Positions 59,664 through 64,000 of a stretch of DNA of 64,000 nucleotides are shown piece by piece; position 1 is the first letter of the stretch, and every line of letters begins with the position of its first letter. The DNA comes from Octopus vulgaris (taxonomy: Eukaryota). The notes beneath the pieces are model-generated. The model did no database searches. It was given only the letters and a program-made list of their open reading frames with translations, and was not told the origin of the DNA. The position numbers were made by a program, and so were the translations under genes. Location: positions 74,710,001-74,774,000 of the forward strand of contig OX597821.1 in assembly GCA_951406725.2 (NCBI GenBank), written 5' to 3'.

Positions 59664-60032
59664 TAGATAGATATAGATATAGATATAGATATAGATATAT
59701 ATACACACACACACACACAAAGATAAATTGATAGATACAACTGAGTGGGCAAACAAAAATATGAGACACAGCCTGGAAGGTATCTGACATAAAATAGAGA
59801 AGCGTTTTGTTTCATTTTCAACACGTAATATTGAAATAGTGAAGAAGATATGATATTGCTGTGAGCTCGCCCTAGGCAAAAAATTCAAAATGTTTTTTTT
59901 GCCGATGACACTACCCGGACCCTAAGTAAGGCATTATGTAAAATTTGAATGAAATTGGTTGTGTAGTTCTCAAGTTTTCGGGAAACACACAGACAGACAG
60001 ACAGACACACATTCTCTGTTTTATATATATAA

Positions 60033-60035
<3 letters not shown>
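58581..60035 (-). mobile_element. Non-autonomous Helitron
   Basis: Minus-strand 5' A|TCTTTATATATATAAAA..(TGTC)n and 3' CCGG-GAAACG-CCGG hairpin ~9 nt before CTAG|T; inserted between A and T. Confidence 0.75.
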
Positions 60036-60080
<45 letters not shown>

Positions 60081-60139
60081 TTATATATATATATATAAAT
60101 ATATATATAAATAAATTTATATATATATATAATTTATAT

Positions 60140-60184
<45 letters not shown>

Positions 60185-60230
60185 TAATATAATAAAATAT
60201 TAGGGAATAAATTTATATAATATAATATAA

Positions 60231-60294
<64 letters not shown>

Positions 60295-60328
60295 TTATTT
60301 ATATATATATATATATATATATGGCACA

Positions 60329-60925
60329 TTGCTTCCTTGCTTCCCTTTCTTTATCCTTACCGAGACTCACCTGAACAACACCCATATGGACGCAGAGGTG
60401 AAAATAAAAGATTTCACCATTGTTCGTGCGGATCGCACAGACCGAAATAAGGGAGGGACAGCCATCTTTATCCATGACTCCTTTTCACTTGATGCCAAGG
60501 ACACATTTTCCAATGGCTACTGTGAATCGGTATCAGTATACAACAAAGCCAAGGCCATAACCATTGTTGGTCTTTACAGGCCTCCCCAGGCACCTCTAAA
60601 GTACTTTGAAGAGTGCCTTAGCAAAGTCAAGTCCTTCCTTCGGAAGTACCACTCCGGAAACATAATAGTGATGGGTGATTTTAACCTCCCTCATGTGAAC
60701 TGGCCCACAAATACTCCGAAGTTAGGCAAGTGCTCTACATCAGATAGGGCAGCAGCAGAACTGCTCTTTAATCTGATGGATGAGTATTTCCTGACTCAGT
60801 TAGTGCTTGAACCAACGAGACAGAATAAAACAATCTTGGATCTGGTACTGACCAATCACTCTAGCTACGTTCACAGCATTTCAGTCGAAAAACTCAGACC
60901 ACGACATGGTACTCTGCAATCTTAA
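60329..60925 (+). pseudogene. LINE AP endonuclease domain (N-terminally truncated, frameshift ~60890)
   Basis: APE motifs as above; the catalytic SDH lies in the frame of the downstream ORF. Confidence 0.85.
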
Positions 60926-63173
60926 TTCCCGACGTATAAAAACCAAACCAGCCAATCCCACTCCATGGCACCCATTTGACAACATAAATTTCCACAAAGC
61001 GGACTGGGGAACAATCAGAAAGGATCTGTCTTCCATCGACTGGTCTTTTACTCTCAATTCCCCTCATATTGAGACCGCGTGGCAGCACTTTGAAACCATT
61101 GTCACCGACACATGCTCTAAACACGCTCCCAAGAAATCTACTAACACAAACAGAAACCGGCTCCCTAAAAAGAAAAAAACACTCATCAGGCGCATCAAAA
61201 GACTCAACAAAAAAATCAACCAATTAAAATATTCCCACACGCAACATCCACATTCAACAACAATGAAAAGACTAGAGCTGGAAAAACTTCATCTGCAGAC
61301 TAACATGAAAACCTCCATTGAAAATCAAAGAGCTGTGGAGGAACAATGGGTAATCAAAAACATCAAACAGAACCCAAAAGTGTTCTATTCTTATGCAAAT
61401 AAGCATAGAACCACTGTCTCACCTATTGGGCCATTGATTGATGAAAACGGCATTCCCCAACACGATGCTAAAGAAATGGCAGAAATACTGCAGAAACAAT
61501 ATTGCTCTGTCTTCAGTGTTCCCACTGATATTGATGTGAGGGAAACGAACGAAGCTGACTCCCAACACAAAATCGCAGACATAACCTTCACTGCCACCAA
61601 AATCGCAGACATAACCTTCACTGCCACCGACATCGTAGCAGCAATAAATGAGGTCAAACATTACTCTGCTGTAGGCCCTGATAGATTTCCCGCCAGTCTC
61701 CTGAAGGAATGTAGATATCAACTTGCAGTCCCTCTGACCAACCTCTGGAGAAACTCGTTAGACGCAGGTTATATACCGAAAAAGTTTCTATCCCAGTCGG
61801 TCATCCCGGTTTTCAAACAGGGAAACAGATCCCTCGCAGTCAACTATCGCCCAATCTCACTCACCTCCCACATCATTAAAGTGTTTGAAAGAGTGTTAAG
61901 ATCAAGGATAGCTGACTTCCTGGAGACCCACAAACTCCTAAATTCAAATCAGCATGGCTTTCGCTGTGGCAGGGACTGTCTAACACAGCTGTTACACCAC
62001 ATTGAAGATGTACTCAATGACGTCATATACCTTGACTTCAGTAAAGCGTTCGACAGGGTAGACCATAACATCCTACTCTCGAAATTGGCAAATGTTGGAA
62101 TCCGTGGAAAAGTTCTACACTGGATTCAGTATTTCCTAGCGAATAGAACACAACATGTTGTAGTTGATGGAGTCCACTCAAACCCAGCAAAAGTCACCAG
62201 CGGTGTTCCCCAGGGAACTGTTTTGGGTCCGCTACTCTTCATAATTTATGTAAACGACCTTTCCAGTGTCGTACATCACTGCAAAGTGAAAATATTCGCT
62301 GATGACACTAAGCTCCAGCAAATCGTCAATGAAGAAGCAGACCGAACTCAACTCCAGTCTGACCTATATGCTGTGAGTCAATGGGCAGACAGAAACAAAA
62401 TGCAACTGAATGAGGGAAAATTTGAGCTCATGCATTTTGGAAGAAATTCCTCACTAAAACAACCATACTCTCTTCCTTCAGGGGAACCGCTCACAGCCTC
62501 TAACAATATCAGAGACCTGGGTGTAATTGTTGATGACGATCTCAGTTGGAGTGCACACATCAACAAGAAGGTCGATACAGCTCGTAGGATGAGTTCCTGG
62601 ATCTTAAGAACTTTCCGGTCCAGAGAACAAGGTGTCATCATACCACTTTTTTCATCCTTTGTACGGCCACACCTTGAATACTGCTGCCCACTGTGGTCTC
62701 CTCACACAAGACAAAACATCTCCAGAATTGAGTCACCTCAGAGGGCTCTCACTAAACAAATTGAAGGCATGGCTGCTCTCGATTATTGGGATCGCCTTAA
62801 AGCCTTGAAACTTTACTCCCTCCAGCGTCGCCGTGAGCGGTACATCATTTGTACGATGTGGAAAATATACCGCCAACTTTGCCCAAACGACCTAAACATT
62901 AGCTTCAAGGTTCATCCAAGACTTGGACCACGGGCTATACGTCCCCTGCCAAATTCAAGATCACAACATACATGTACACTGCAACATAATTTCTTTTCCT
63001 CAACAGGCCCTGCCCTATTTAACATTGTCCCGAGGGAGATCAAAGAGGAAAAGGATCCCATCAACTTCAAACAGAGTCTGGATAGATTCCTTCAAAGAAT
63101 ACCAGATAAGCCACCCATAATTGGATACAACTCACCCAACAAGAACTCACTACTTGAACAAAACTTGACTTAA
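60906..63173 (+). CDS. LINE ORF2 reverse transcriptase portion (755 aa open frame, probably defective)
   Basis: All RT motifs present. 30-bp duplication (KIADITFTAT x2) and a short deletion before DVIYLDF. Confidence 0.85.
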   Translation: MVLCNLNSRRIKTKPANPTPWHPFDNINFHKADWGTIRKDLSSIDWSFTLNSPHIETAWQHFETIVTDTCSKHAPKKSTNTNRNRLPKKKKTLIRRIKRLNKKINQLKYSHTQHPHSTTMKRLELEKLHLQTNMKTSIENQRAVEEQWVIKNIKQNPKVFYSYANKHRTTVSPIGPLIDENGIPQHDAKEMAEILQKQYCSVFSVPTDIDVRETNEADSQHKIADITFTATKIADITFTATDIVAAINEVKHYSAVGPDRFPASLLKECRYQLAVPLTNLWRNSLDAGYIPKKFLSQSVIPVFKQGNRSLAVNYRPISLTSHIIKVFERVLRSRIADFLETHKLLNSNQHGFRCGRDCLTQLLHHIEDVLNDVIYLDFSKAFDRVDHNILLSKLANVGIRGKVLHWIQYFLANRTQHVVVDGVHSNPAKVTSGVPQGTVLGPLLFIIYVNDLSSVVHHCKVKIFADDTKLQQIVNEEADRTQLQSDLYAVSQWADRNKMQLNEGKFELMHFGRNSSLKQPYSLPSGEPLTASNNIRDLGVIVDDDLSWSAHINKKVDTARRMSSWILRTFRSREQGVIIPLFSSFVRPHLEYCCPLWSPHTRQNISRIESPQRALTKQIEGMAALDYWDRLKALKLYSLQRRRERYIICTMWKIYRQLCPNDLNISFKVHPRLGPRAIRPLPNSRSQHTCTLQHNFFSSTGPALFNIVPREIKEEKDPINFKQSLDRFLQRIPDKPPIIGYNSPNKNSLLEQNLT

Positions 63174-63264
63174 ACAGGATTCGAATAATCCTATCAGGTG
63201 GTGCTATTAAGTTAGACATGGCCTGGACCAATCTCTGGTCGAAACATATCTAAGTTTTATCTAA

Positions 63265-64000
<736 letters not shown>

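Noticed and set aside
63215-63262. Hammerhead-like hairpin + GAAAC at the LINE 3' end
   Set aside because: No CUGANGA box upstream in either copy; treated as the LINE 3' recognition stem-loop.

Overview
Eukaryotic, very AT-rich, repeat-saturated non-genic (intergenic or intronic) DNA. The SINE families and the density of (TA)n/(CA)n/(TAA)n/(GA)n tracts fit an octopod cephalopod; this is recognition from memory, not a database check. No intact host protein-coding gene, rRNA, true tRNA or CRISPR array is supported, and most ORFs in the track are microsatellite artefacts. The window contains: many tRNA-derived SINE copies (at least 4 modular families); a ~2.9 kb 5'-truncated CR1/L2-group LINE (APE+RT, 60323-63270) with a shorter copy at 9251-9640, both embedded in (TA)n; a second CR1/L2-group RT cut at its YxDD motif; three different R4/Dong-like RLE LINE 3' fragments, all inside (TAA)n in one orientation; a 5'-inverted RTE; an RTE-like 3' end with two C2H2 fingers; decayed HERO-like and Tx1-like LINE ends; a deleted mariner; a non-autonomous Helitron; MITEs; and several fold-back structures. 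The most notable hidden layer is a series of minimal, Penelope-type hammerhead ribozyme cores in short TA-flanked or palindromic elements. One of these is a composite element with a TIR-like end, a tRNA-like promoter, (AAT)n, a hammerhead and a second TIR-like end. Together they suggest a nested set of microsatellite-targeting retroelements.
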